Assembly (NCBI RefSeq): GCF_963921235.1 | Contig: NC_086109.1 | Location: 18,912,001-18,976,000 of the forward strand | Direction of reading: 5' to 3' | Source: Mobula hypostoma | Lineage: Eukaryota | DNA length: 64,000 nt | Shown here: piece by piece, positions 52,808-63,725 of the stretch | How positions within the stretch are numbered: position 1 is the first letter of the stretch | Layout of the letters: the number at the start of each line of letters is the position of its first letter | Notes under the pieces: generated by a model | What the model saw: the letters and a program-made list of their open reading frames with translations, nothing else | Told to the model about the DNA's origin: nothing | The model's database searches: none | Program-made: the position numbers and the translations under genes

Positions 52808-52906
52808 GTCCTGACGAAGGGTCTCGGCCCGAAACGTCGACTGTGCCTCTTCCTAGAGATGCTGCCTGGCCTGCTGCGTTCACCAGCAACTTTTATGTGT
52901 GTTGCT
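52808..52906 (+). mobile_element. 99-bp PLE insertion: hammerhead motif (52808-52841) plus terminal repeat
   Basis: GUC-CUGACGA-AGGG(UCUCGG)CCC-GAAA-CG-UC-GAC...TGTGTTGCT, with AGGAATT on both sides (52801-52807, 52907-52913). Confidence 0.85.
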
Positions 52907-53455
52907 AGGAATTTAAAACATATGTTTTAGGTTTTGGTGTTTCCTTGAGTGTTATTTTTGTACAAGAAACTTTTTTACAATCATATTTATTGTTTAAGAT
53001 TCAGAGTTATGAGGTTGTAAGATATGATATAGCTGTTGGGGAGAGGGAGAGGGTGTGCCACCTTTGTGAGGGAGGGTTATTGTACAGAATCTTGCCTTCT
53101 CTGGAGAATACTGAATGTGTAATTATTGAACTTTACATCTACAAGGTGGGATCAAAATTGTGAACTTTTATTATCAAGGTTGGGAACTGTCTGTGGAAGG
53201 GTTGGCGATGATGGTGGGAACTTATTCTGGTAAAATCATTTTTTGATGATGACTTTGATGCATACAGTGGTTTGTGGGGCAGTAAGACTACAGATGCTAA
53301 TGGGATGGCAGTAGAGGAGTTTCTGGAAGAATATGATCTAGTTTATTTATGCGATCGAATAGAGACGAGGTTGGATATTGCTAAAAGTGGGGGTTCTTGT
53401 CTGGACCTGACTTTTATCTCTGCTCCACTTGCTGAACTTAGTAGCTGGTATGTAA

Positions 53456-53684
53456 GCAACACACATCAAAGTTGCTGGTGAACACAGCAGGCCAGGCAGC
53501 ATCTCTAGGGAGAGGTACAGTCGACGTTTCAGGCCGAGACCCTACGTCTAGTCCTGACGAAGGGTCTCGGCCTGAAATGTTGACTACACCTCTTCCCAGA
53601 GATGCTGCCTGGCCTGCTGCGTTCACCAGAAACTTTGATGTGTGTTGCTTGAATTTCCAGCATCTGCAAAATTCCTCGTGTTTG
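53456..53684. mobile_element. Palindromic PLE terminal-repeat insertion with a hammerhead motif (plus strand, 53550-53585)
   Basis: ~95-bp inverted arms centred at ~53550 plus a ~35-bp tail on the right. 13-bp TSD AGCTGGTATGTAA (53443-53455, 53685-53697). Interrupts Nimb EN between SSWYV and MTDCMGSDH. Confidence 0.9.
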
Positions 53685-56392
53685 AGCTGGTATGTAATGA
53701 CTGATTGTATGGGGAGTGATCATTTCCTAGTCTTGTGTATTGTGGGTTCAGTGTCAGAATTTGAGTTCTGAGACTAAATAGCGTTTTAAAAAGAAAAACT
53801 GAGGAAAAAGTTCCGTTCAGTGTGATAAATTGTTTGACCAATTGTCTCTAGAGGGTACCATGGAAGGCCATCAGATTATAATTTCTGGTTTCTGTGAGCA
53901 AACCCATCAAGTCATTCCTTTAGTGTCCAGGAGAACTGCTAAGAAATATGTTCCTTGAACATAGGAATGTAGAGAGGCTATCGGACACTGGAGACGGACA
54001 TTCTGAGTTTTGAAATGTAGGTGAAAGTAAGAAGCATTGGTGACTTTTCAGAAGAAAAGAGTGTAGCAGGAAAGTTATTAAGAATGCTGAAAGGGTGGCT
54101 TGGAGAGGACTTTGCTCATCAATTGAGAGGGAAACTAGTCTAACAGTGGTGTGGACAATGTCAAAGAAAATGAATGGTGGCGGAGGTTATAACCAGGTTC
54201 CAGTGTTACTGGAGAATTGAAATTTGGCTCCAGTGGTTAAAGAAAAGGCAGAATGTCTAAAAACAAGTTTGCAATAAAACATTGATGAGACAATTTAGGG
54301 GAGGAGTATATTAAGTGTATTTTGATAGACATTGGGAAGATTTGTGAGAAATGAGAGCTGTTTGAGAGTGCCATGAACGATGACTTTATATTGGCTGAAT
54401 TGAAATTTGCTGTCAATAGTACAAGTACTGCAGCCCGAGGACAGGATATGGGAAGCTATCATATGCTCCAGCATCTGCCTGAGGCAGACCTAAAGAAGTT
54501 GCTTGAGTTTTATAATAAGGTCTGGAAGAAAGGAATGCTTCCAGGAGACTGGGGGGAAAAAAACTGTGGTGCTGCCTATTGTTAAACCCGGGAAAGATCC
54601 AATGCTACCAAGTAGCTAAAGTCCTGTTAGTCTTACGTCTTCACCATGTAAAATAATGGAGAAATGATGGTAATTAGGCTGATGTTTATTTTAGAGAAGA
54701 GAAAATTACTTAGTTGCTACCAATGTGGGTTTCGCAAAGGGAGCTCTACATATAATGCCCTTGTACCACAGGGAAATGACATTCGGAGAGCTTTTTACAG
54801 TGAAAGAATCAGTATTTGCTGTGTTTTTTGAACATTGAAAAGGTTTGATATGCTATGGAGGGAGGGGCTTTTGATTAAACTGACTAAGCCTGGTATTGGT
54901 GGAAGGCTTTACAACTGGGTACTGGATTTTTTTGTTTGTTTGGTCGTTCAGAGTGAGGGTGGGTGAAGAAGTGTCATTAGAGTTTGCGGTGGGTAATGTG
55001 ACCCCCCTCCCACCCCCAGGGTAGTGTTATTGGTCCAATATTGTTTAATCTGATGATTAATTATGTCTTTGACGGTGTTGGGCCTGATGTTGGTTTGACT
55101 TTATATGCTGATGATGGGGCTGTGTGGAAAAGAATTTCTAATACTGCCTATGGGGTAAGGTCTGTGTAAGCAGCATTATATTAAAATATTCTTTGGACTA
55201 GAGTTTTAAATATTCTGTTTAAATATATGGTTTTAACTCAGAAACATGGGCTGGATTATATTCAACTTGCTCTGTATGGCTGTTTGCTGTCTACATTTCT
55301 GTGTTTAAACATTTGGGGCTATGGCTGGATGCGAGACTGACTTGGAGAACACATATAAAGTTTTTGGAGGATAAACGTCAGCCGGTCATTAACTTTATGC
55401 ACTGTGTTGGCTGGATATGACTGGGGAGCTTCTAGGAGTGTGCTATTGACAATTTATTGTGCTTTATTATGCTTTTGTCTGGATTAAGGTAGTATAATTT
55501 ATGAGAAGGCTGCGCATTAAGTCTTGTATAAGTTGGATGTTCTGCAGGCTAGTGCACTTAGAATCTGTAATGGACCATTCATGACTAGTCCTAGAGATGC
55601 AAGGGGTCTCAACTAGGTGAGGTACCTCGTGTCCTTTGGAAAGAAAAATTGAGCCTTGCATTCTGGACTTCCTTAGTAGAGTAGTGGGGGGGGGGGCGGT
55701 GTCCCATTTGACATGCTCTGTTTTAATGGGTTACTGGAATATACTACCAGAGTTGGTAACTGATCTGGGCAGATAATTAGGGAATATGTGTAGGAGTATG
55801 GTCTTGGATTTGAGAATTAGCCCGAATGTGGCCTGGCCAGGAGTTACACTGTGGAAATTTCCAGATATAGGAATAGATTTGACATTACTAATGGAGAGAT
55901 AGGGTCTTGTAGGTGGTGAGAGGGTATCTGGTCATTTATGGCATTTATTTCTTGCCTATCTCTACAGTTGGTCCTAAAGACGCAGTTAGTAACCAGGTGG
56001 GCTCAAGGATATTTATCCCCTGGTTTAATGTTGAGGTGAGGAAAAGGCTGACAGATGGGTTGTCTGTCTATAAAGCAGAAGTTGTGGCTATTATCATTGG
56101 TCTGGTAATGGGTTGAACAAGTCAAGCCAAGCAGGGTTGTGATCTGCTCATACTCTGCCTCAGTACTGCAGAGTTTGGAACCAAAGTGTTCAAAGGGACC
56201 TGATTTGTCGATGGAAGTGTATTATAATCTATCTGTCTTGGAGAGTGTGGGAATAGTAGCAAGTTTTGATTGGTGCCTGCACATGTGTGTATATGGGTAA
56301 TGAAAGGGCAGATGTCATAGCCAAACAGGGACTTATAATGTCAGAGGTAGATAGTATAGTTAATATGGGAAATGCTTTGGGATAGATTGTTT

Positions 56393-56626
56393 AGAAATGC
56401 AAACACGAGGAAATCTGCAGATGCTGGAATTTCAAGCAACACACATAAAAGTTGCTGGTGAACACAGCAGACCAGGCAGCATCTCTAGGAAGAGGTACAG
56501 TTGACGTTTCGGGCCGAGACCCTTCGTCAGGGCCCTTCGAGGAGGGTCTTGGCCCGAAACGTCGACTGTACCTCTTCCTAGAGATGCTGCCTGGCCTGCT
56601 GCATTCACCAGCAACTTTTATGTGTA
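56393..56626. mobile_element. Second palindromic PLE terminal-repeat insertion, in the opposite orientation
   Basis: Inverted arms centred at ~56533 with the tail on the left. Flanks GGGATAGATTGTTT (56379-56392) and GGGACAGATTGTTT (56627-56640). Confidence 0.85.
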
Positions 56627-56849
56627 GGGACAGATTGTTTCTTGTTTGGTGACGGCATCATGCAATATCTCAAGCAGTTGATTATAGTCAGCCACTGGTA
56701 GTATGCAAACTGAGGTGAGGATCACGGATGAGAACTCCCTAGGTAGACAGAATAGATGGCATTTGTTCATTACCTGCTTAAGTTGACAAACACTGGCTCG
56801 ACAAATCCGCCACATTGGAGCACCACCGAAAATTATAATGAGTTATAAT

Positions 56850-57607
56850 AGGGCTAAACATTAAATCCATTTACATTACTTAAGCACCTGAAGGTAGTTT
56901 TATATAATATTTTTAATAATTTTGTGCACGAAACGATGTGCCCATTGAAGCATCAGAAAGGTAAGCTATCCCTACCTCTCCTCCCTGGGTGGACAGTCAA
57001 TGGCTGCTGGGCATCGCTATCATTCCCAATTCCAAATTTATATGCAACCCTAAGCAGCCTTTATCTTGCACTTTACATGCATGTGCTAATGCAGCCATTC
57101 AGTGTGTTAGATGTTCATCAGTGACGACTTTGACAAAGTCATCAATGAATTTCTCTGCTGCTTCGTGATCAGCAGGTACTTTATCACCACAGGTCTTTTG
57201 AAAAATAATGCTGTGCCTTAAGTTTCTGCAACCAGCTTGCTGAATATTCAGAATTATCTTCAATTTTCAATTTGTCATGATAGATCTTGGCTTGTTTCAT
57301 GGTCAGCATACCATTAAGCGACATGTGGTCATTCCAACACTGACAAATCCACTTTCAATACACAATTGAGATCTTTATTTTTTGCTTCATGCAGTGTTTT
57401 TCTATTTTTCATTAACTTCTGTTCATAATATGTATCAGCTCACTTCTCAGAATTGTCTGTGGTGCACAGAGACCTGTGCATCGCCTGGAAACCTTTCCAG
57501 TGCCTTATGGAATTCTCTATTTGTGACACGTCAGCACTCAAAAAATGTTCTCAGTCTTCAGAGGTTTTCAGATTTTGGAATTTCAGATAAGGAGTGCTCA
57601 ACTTGTA
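56850..57607 (-). mobile_element. Tigger/pogo (CENP-B HTH) transposon remnant
   Basis: Minus strand RKTLHEAKNKDL, GMLTMKQAKIYHDKL...SASWLQK and CGDKVPADHEAAEKF. Terminus TTCAGATAAGGAGTGCTCAACTTGTA; the left boundary is uncertain. Confidence 0.75.
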
Positions 57608-57869
57608 TTCCTTACAAAATTGTCAAATCACCACAAGACTATTGTCACAAATTATTTCCTCTCATGCACTATAACGTAGACAAATTGATCTTGTGCTTCT
57701 AAAGTGGTAAAGTTCCCAAGGGTTTACATTCCAATCACTTTGTGTGCCTGTTAATAAAGACGAGGAAATTGCCAAGTTTCTTCTCATAAAATTCTATATG
57801 TATTCATTTGAAGACTTGCTTTGGCCTATTCACTCCAGACAGACAGTTAAAAAATAATTTTAACTTTTG

Positions 57870-59025
57870 AGCACCTCCCCTCCATCCACCAAAAGTGGAA
57901 CTTCCTGGTGGCCAAACATTTTAATTCTGATTCCCATTCCTGTCCTGACATGTTAATCCATGGTTTAATGTGCCAATAGTTACAAGGTTCCTAAGGTTGT
58001 CAAGCCAAGGAGTGGTAGTGAGGACAAGGTCCCACTACCTAAAAGTGCTCCTCATGGCATGCGACGCAAATAGCCTCTGACAACCAGGTCCAACTCCTGG
58101 CCTTCTCGAGTGGCTTAGCCTCTAAGCCCAGCAGAATTGTTTCTACTGACCAGCAAAGGGAAGAAGGCCGGTCCTGGCCCCTTAAAACCAATGCTTCGGG
58201 TAGGTGGAGCTCGTCAGCCTGGGAAGGCAGTCCATCTAAGAGAGGGAAAACTCTGATTTCAAACCCCCGCTGCTTTGCAGCCATACCCACTCATGGGAAA
58301 GGCTTCGGGAGTAAACCCCGAGGCCAAATCCGGAGCTGGAGTCCCTAAGGCAGTCCGACATTGCTTTCAACCTTGTTCTGGCAACTCCTGCGATGACACC
58401 AGTGCCAAGTTGTATCGGCCCTTGCCCTTCCCTTGGACAACATCACTGTCGTGGAGAGGGGAGTCTTGCTGCATGGGCAACTGCCGGTGTCCATACAACC
58501 TTGCCCAGGCCTGTGCTCTGGAAACCTTCCAGGCACAGATCCATGGTCTCGCGAGACTAACGGATGCCACCACCAGTTACAGCAACTTGTATTCCATCTG
58601 GGAAGCCTCCAGCCAGGTGGAATGAACATCAATTGCTCTTTCCAGTAATTAAATTTTTCCTTCCAACCTCCTCTCATCCTCTATTCCCCACTCTGGCCTC
58701 ATACTTCTTCTCATCTGCTTATCACCCCTCCTCCGGTCTGGATCCCCCCCTCCTCCTCTTTCTCCTGTGGTCCACTGTTCTATCCTATCAGATCCCTTCC
58801 ATTCCACCAACATGGCTTCACCTATCACCTTTGAGCTATCCTCCTTCCCCTCCCCCATCTTTTTACCTTGTCACCTTCCCCCTTCCTTTCCAGTCCTGAA
58901 GAAGTATCTGCACCTGAAATGTTGACTGTTTATTCATTTCCATAGATGCTGACTTACCCATTGAGGTCCTCCAGCATTTTGTGTGTTTTGCCTTTGGTTT
59001 CTAGCATCTGCAGATTTCCTTGTGT
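57870..59025 (+). mobile_element. PLE 3' end split by an RTE-related element, with a degenerate hammerhead at 58891-58928
   Basis: LPGGQTF/HFNSDSH relic and QQLVFHLGSLQPGGMNI; CAGTC-CTGAAGA...GAAA-TG-TT-GACTG; PLE tail. Confidence 0.8.
58005..58572 (+). mobile_element. Non-coding RTE-related element, copy 2
   Basis: Similar to 8279-8838 (reverse complement) and 62790-63310. Confidence 0.6.
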
Positions 59026-59169
59026 TTAAAAAGAAAAGTTAATCTAGTATGCTGTTCTTCAATGGATTTTCTAAACTATTGGACGCTATTCAAAAAAGAT
59101 TTTAAAAAAACAAAAACGTTGCATTGAGTTGAAGAAGGCAATTTTACTGGATATCGTTGTTCTTTGCAA

Positions 59170-59345
59170 TTTCCACAGAGCTGTAACATATCATTATAGT
59201 GATGTTCATGATGCTTGTATATGGATAGAATCCGCACTGTTATTTAGGAAGCAGCTCTTCAGCCACTGTGAGGAGACAACTGATATTTTCCCTATATTTC
59301 TGAGGTTTCCAGTCAAACTTGTCTTCATTCTTGCAAATGGTTATG
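59170..59345 (-). mobile_element. Old RTE LINE remnant (RT N-terminal part)
   Basis: Minus strand KYRENISCLLTVAEELLPK*QCGF, matching the RTE motif NYRGISLL...LLPESQCGF. Confidence 0.6.
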
Positions 59346-59354
59346 ATGGCCAGA

Positions 59355-60560
59355 TAGGGACAGATTAGGGTCAGTTGGCATGGCTTTGTGCATGGAAGGT
59401 CAAGTCTAACTAATCTAATAAGAGGTTTTTGAGGAAATTACTCGGAAAGTTGATGAAGGTAAGGCTGTGCATGTTGTCTACATGGACTATGTAAAGACCT
59501 TTGACAAGGTCCCGCATGGAAGGTTGGTCAAGAAGGTTCAGTCACTTGGTCTTCAAGATAAGGTAGTAAATTGGATTAGTCATTAGCTTCACAGGAGAAG
59601 CCAAAGTGTGGGAGAAGATGTTAGCAACTCTGACTGGAGGCCGGTGACTAGTGGTGTGCCGCAGGGATCAGTGCTAGGTTCGTTGTTGTTTATCAGCTAC
59701 ATCAATGGTCTTGATGATAATGAGGTTCACTGGATCAGCAAATTTGCGGATGACACCAAGATTGGGGGAGTTGTGGACAGCAAGGAAGACTATTAAAGCT
59801 CGCAGAAGAATGGCAGATGGCATTTAGGGCAGCCAATTGTGAGGTGTTGCTCTCTGGGAGGACCATCCATGGTGGATCTTTCACAGGGAGTGGCAGTGCA
59901 CTGATGAGTGTTGTACAACAGAGGGATCTGCGAGTATAGGACCATAATTCCTTGAAAGTGGCATCACAGGTAGATAGGCTTTTGGCACATTGGCCTTCAT
60001 AGATCATTGTATTGAGTACTGGAGTAGGGATGTTATGTTGAAATTATATAAGATAATGCAGGGGGGCACTAGGTGCAGTTTGGGCACCCTACCTACAGGA
60101 AAGATATAAATAAGGTTGAAGGAGTACAGAGAAAATTCACAAGGATGAGGCCAAGATTTAAGGACCTGAGTTATAGGAAAAGAATGAATAAGTGAGGGCT
60201 TTATTCCCTAGAACTTAGAAGACTGAGGGGAGATTTGATAGAGGTATACAAAATTGAGGGGTATAGATAGGATAAATGCATGCAGGTTGGGTGAGATTAC
60301 AAGTGGAGGTCATGGTTTAAGGATGAAAGATGAAGTGTTTATGGGGAACATGAGGGGAACTTCTTCACTCAGAAGGTGGTGAAAGTGTGGAACGAGCTGT
60401 CAGCGCAAGTGGTGGATGTCGGTTTGATTTCAACGTTTAAGCAAAATTTGGATAGACACATGGATGAGAGGGCTATGGTCCAGGTGCAGGGTGATGGCAA
60501 TAGGCAGATTAATGGTTCGACACAGACTAGGTGGGCCAAAAGGTCTGTTTTTGTTCTTTG
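59355..60560 (+). mobile_element. CR1 RT-to-3' remnant
   Basis: WRPVTSGVPQGSVLGSLLFISYINGLD...KFADDTKIGG and VKVWNEL. Confidence 0.88.
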
Positions 60561-61099
60561 ACTCTCATTATGGCATTCTTGCAATCATAAAACAATAAGA
60601 CATAGGAACAGAGTTAAGTCATTGAGACAGTTCAGCCTGCTCTACCATTCCATCATGACTCATCTATTATCCCCTCAACCCCATTCTGCTGTTTTCTCCC
60701 CATACCCTTTGACACCCTTATTGATCAAGAACCTACCAGCTTCAACTTAAATATAGCCAATACCTGGACCTCACAGCCATCTGTGGCAATGAATTCCACA
60801 GAATCTTGAGTTATACATCACAGAATCAGACCCTTCGGCCCACTACGTGCATGCTAACCATTAAACAATATTACATGAAAACCCACAATTTCATCAATTC
60901 CACCTTTCCCCTCCAACCACCCCAGATTCAACACTCAACCTTAATGTATCTTCTACAACGCCCCGCCTCCCCACCAATAATTTCAGCTGTGGACTATAGG
61001 ACTGAGAATTTGAGTAGCTTTTCACCGCTGAGTTTTATTATTAGAGGAACTGCTGTATTTGATTTAATTATTGTTTCCATGACTACTTGTCACTCAGTA

Positions 61100-61710
61100 A
61101 ATCCAGCTGAAATAGGGTAGAGTCAAGAACAAAGTCTTTGTAATGTTCCTTCCAGCACCAATAACTACTTCTCTGCTCCTAATGACTTCACCCTCATTCT
61201 TGACTCCCAATCAGATGGACCATAGATTGCTTTTGTTGCAAAATTCAGACATGTTTTGGCTTTCAGCAAGTTGCTGAGCCTCTTATGGTGTCCCTAGCCT
61301 CCACATGTTCTCTAGGTCGTTGGTATTCTGCGGACCCCTGCTCTGAAGTAAAATTATCACTTAAACACAAGAGAATCCGCAGATGCTGGAAATCCAGAGC
61401 AATGTATACAAAATTGCTGGAGGAACTCCAAAGATCAGGCAACATTTATGGACAGGAATAAACAGTCAACATTTCAGACTGAGACCTGAAATGTTGACCA
61501 TGTTTTAAGAATTACTTGTATGTGATCTTCTCACTCCTCAGTCTCTTGTCGTTCTCGTCAAACCTGTCCTGCATTGTCTTGGTAGAGAAGCCAAGAACCT
61601 CTTCATTGGTATCAGATATCTGCGACATTAGGGTAGCTCATAAGCTGTGGACAATTTGTGGCTCCCATAGTTTGGGTGTTAGCTGTGAGAGTCTGCCTGA
61701 GAAAAGCAGT
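61100..61710 (-). mobile_element. Old RTE LINE remnant (EN-RT linker), split by a PLE tail at ~61362-61500
   Basis: EEVLGFSTKTMQDRFDEND (RTE QDWFDEND), EAQQLAES and KAIYGPS. Confidence 0.65.
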
Positions 61711-62789
61711 GTGTCAGAGGCCATTTCATTTCCCTCCCACACTACCCTGTGATTTAACTGCTTTCCTCAAATTATCACTTAATGGAAAGGTGTGGTCTAT
61801 CAGCATGCTAGACACGTAAAAGCATGTTCTGTTATATACAAGTTATGCCATGTGAGCAGTACAATTATGCTGTGGGTGCTGAGTAAGGAGACATTGGGAA
61901 CTGTAATGTTACCTGTTCACTGCTTAGATCAGGTCTTTTCAAGGGAAAAAGCAGGCAAATGCATTGCATTTTCAGCTGACCCGTTCAGAACAGCTGAAGG
62001 TTACCCATATCCTAATGGGATGAACATGCCTATACCTGTGCCAGCGACTTTTTTTCCTCAATCTCCTGAAGATGTGTTGATCATGAAATATTACAGGTTC
62101 CAAAAATGAACATTGTTCTGCTGTCCTGGGTACTTGGCCCCAAACTGACTAAGCCAGAGAAATGACCGATAATGAGAATGCATTAGAGGACTATAATGTG
62201 GAAAGTATGAAGTGTCAGAGAGCTTCCAAGCTATTACTGCTGAGCAATTTACTGTTTTAATGGGTCTAAAAGAATGAGTGATTTGCAGCAGGAGAACCTT
62301 AGGCTTTTAGCTCCATTCCCAATGAGTATTATAAAATGTATTGTTTTAAGATCTTAAAAAGATGGCATAACTCAAGACAATTAACTATGTAGCTTTATTT
62401 TAATGATTTCTTCCACAATTATATAGTTTTCTGTATCTCCCCTGAATTGAAAGCCAGCTGCTACTTAATGTTTTCTTTGTTAATAATAAGTGAGGACATT
62501 GGCAAAATTTATTCGGAAAAATGGAAGAGGGCGCTTTGTATTTTCATGCTTGTATGAACTTATTGGAGTAGGTTTGGAAACACAATTGGAACACACTTGG
62601 TCTCAAAACGTTAATAAACTTGTTATTAGTAAGTTGGTCTATTATGATGACGAGTGCCAAAGTACATATAGTGGAAAACTTGTCTAGCATACCATCTATA
62701 TGGATCATTTCATTAAACAGTACTAGAAGTGGTTCATTTAGGTTGTTATAGCTAGGGGGTAGTAGTAGGAATAAGGTCCTGCTATCTAT

Positions 62790-63310
62790 AAAATGCTCCA
62801 AATGGCATGCGTCTCAAATAGCCGCTGACGACCAAGTCCAGCTCCCGGCTTTCAGGTGTGGCTTAGTCTCTAAGCTTGGCAGAACTGTTTCTACTGACAG
62901 GAGGGTAAATTTGGGTTTCCGGCACCTTAAAACTAGTCGCTTCAGGCAAATGAGGCTCGTCAGCCGTGGTTGGCAGTTCATCTTGGTGAAGGGAAACACT
63001 GACCTCAAACTTCCGCTGCCTCGCAGTTATACCCGCTATGGGGAAGGCTTCAGGAGTAAACCCAGAGGAAAAAATCCAGAGCTGAAGTCTGTAAGGTAAC
63101 CGTACGTTGAATTCAACGCTGACTGGCAACTCCTGCATTGCTGCTGGTGCTAAACAGTGTCAGTCTTTTCTGTTCCTTTGGATTCATCTGCTGCAAGGAG
63201 AGGAGCCTTCTACAGGGGCAACAGCTTGCCCTCCATACTGGATGGCCATGACTTGCGTCTCACATAGACAGCTCCAATGCAACATCCATGGTCAACATCA
63301 ACTAATCGAC
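62790..63310 (+). mobile_element. Non-coding RTE-related element, copy 3
   Basis: Similar to 58030-58572. Confidence 0.6.
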
Positions 63311-63324
63311 AGCCTCACAGTATA

Positions 63325-63725
63325 GTATTGGTTACGATAACTCGAGTTGAGTATGATATTCACCCAAGGGGTTATTCCCTTAATGGAGAACACCTGCATG
63401 TGGCTTTGTTTCACATGGGGAGGCTGATGCATGGGCAGACACCGCATGTTCCTCGACAAATCATTGTCTAGGTCCAGTCGCATGGAAGACAAGATGACTG
63501 GGGTCCCTTCACTGCTTCAGCCATTCTTCACCTACACTGCCATTGTGATGTGTCATCATCTTCCACCAACTCCTCCCTCGGGGCCCTGGTTGGATTGATC
63601 TTTGTTTGGACCCTCCTCCTTGACCTTATCACCATGGGTGACCCTACCAGGAACTAAGCTCCCGCTGGCATTGCTCTTGAGATCTCAGGAACTCGCAAGC
63701 CTTTCCACCATGCCAAGGTGGCAGT
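63325..63725 (-). mobile_element. Short element beginning with an RTE/Expander-type 5' UTR
   Basis: Minus strand CACCTTGGCATGGTGGAAAGGCTTGCG...GAGCAATGCC...CCTGGTAGGGTCACCCATGG..AAGGTC resembles RTE (Rex3/Expander) 5' ends. Confidence 0.5.

Larger units (their letters stand above)
51270..56378 (+). mobile_element. Decayed near-full-length Nimb/I-group LINE (ORF1 with three Zn knuckles; ORF2 EN-RT-RNase H)
   Basis: ORF1: CFKCQ*VGHVPASC, CEKCGGEHKYGNC, CNCGGDDSAAYLGC. EN: HWNARSL, QETFL, LDLT, GSDHF. RT: QCGFRKG, PQGSVIGPILFNLMIN, LYADD. RNase H: SVYKAEVVAI, GNERADVIAK. Confidence 0.9.

Noticed and set aside
53456..56626. Viroid-like ambisense double-ribozyme element
   Set aside because: In both palindromes at least one arm has lost the CUGANGA core. 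The sequence is fully explained by PLE termini and there is no evidence of circularity.
57125..57420. JRK/TIGD host gene
   Set aside because: Frameshifted, short and adjacent to a Tigger-type terminus.
59129..59368. Apparent plus-strand host exon/ORF (79 aa)
   Set aside because: Antisense of an RTE RT remnant (LLPK*QCGF on the minus strand).
61516..61700. Apparent minus-strand coding exon MSQISDTNEEVLGF...
   Set aside because: Matches the RTE QDWFDEND linker and has an in-frame stop upstream.
61792..62109. Exon-like segment ADPFRTAEGYPYPNG...
   Set aside because: The acceptor is plausible but the donor is weak and I do not recognise the peptide.
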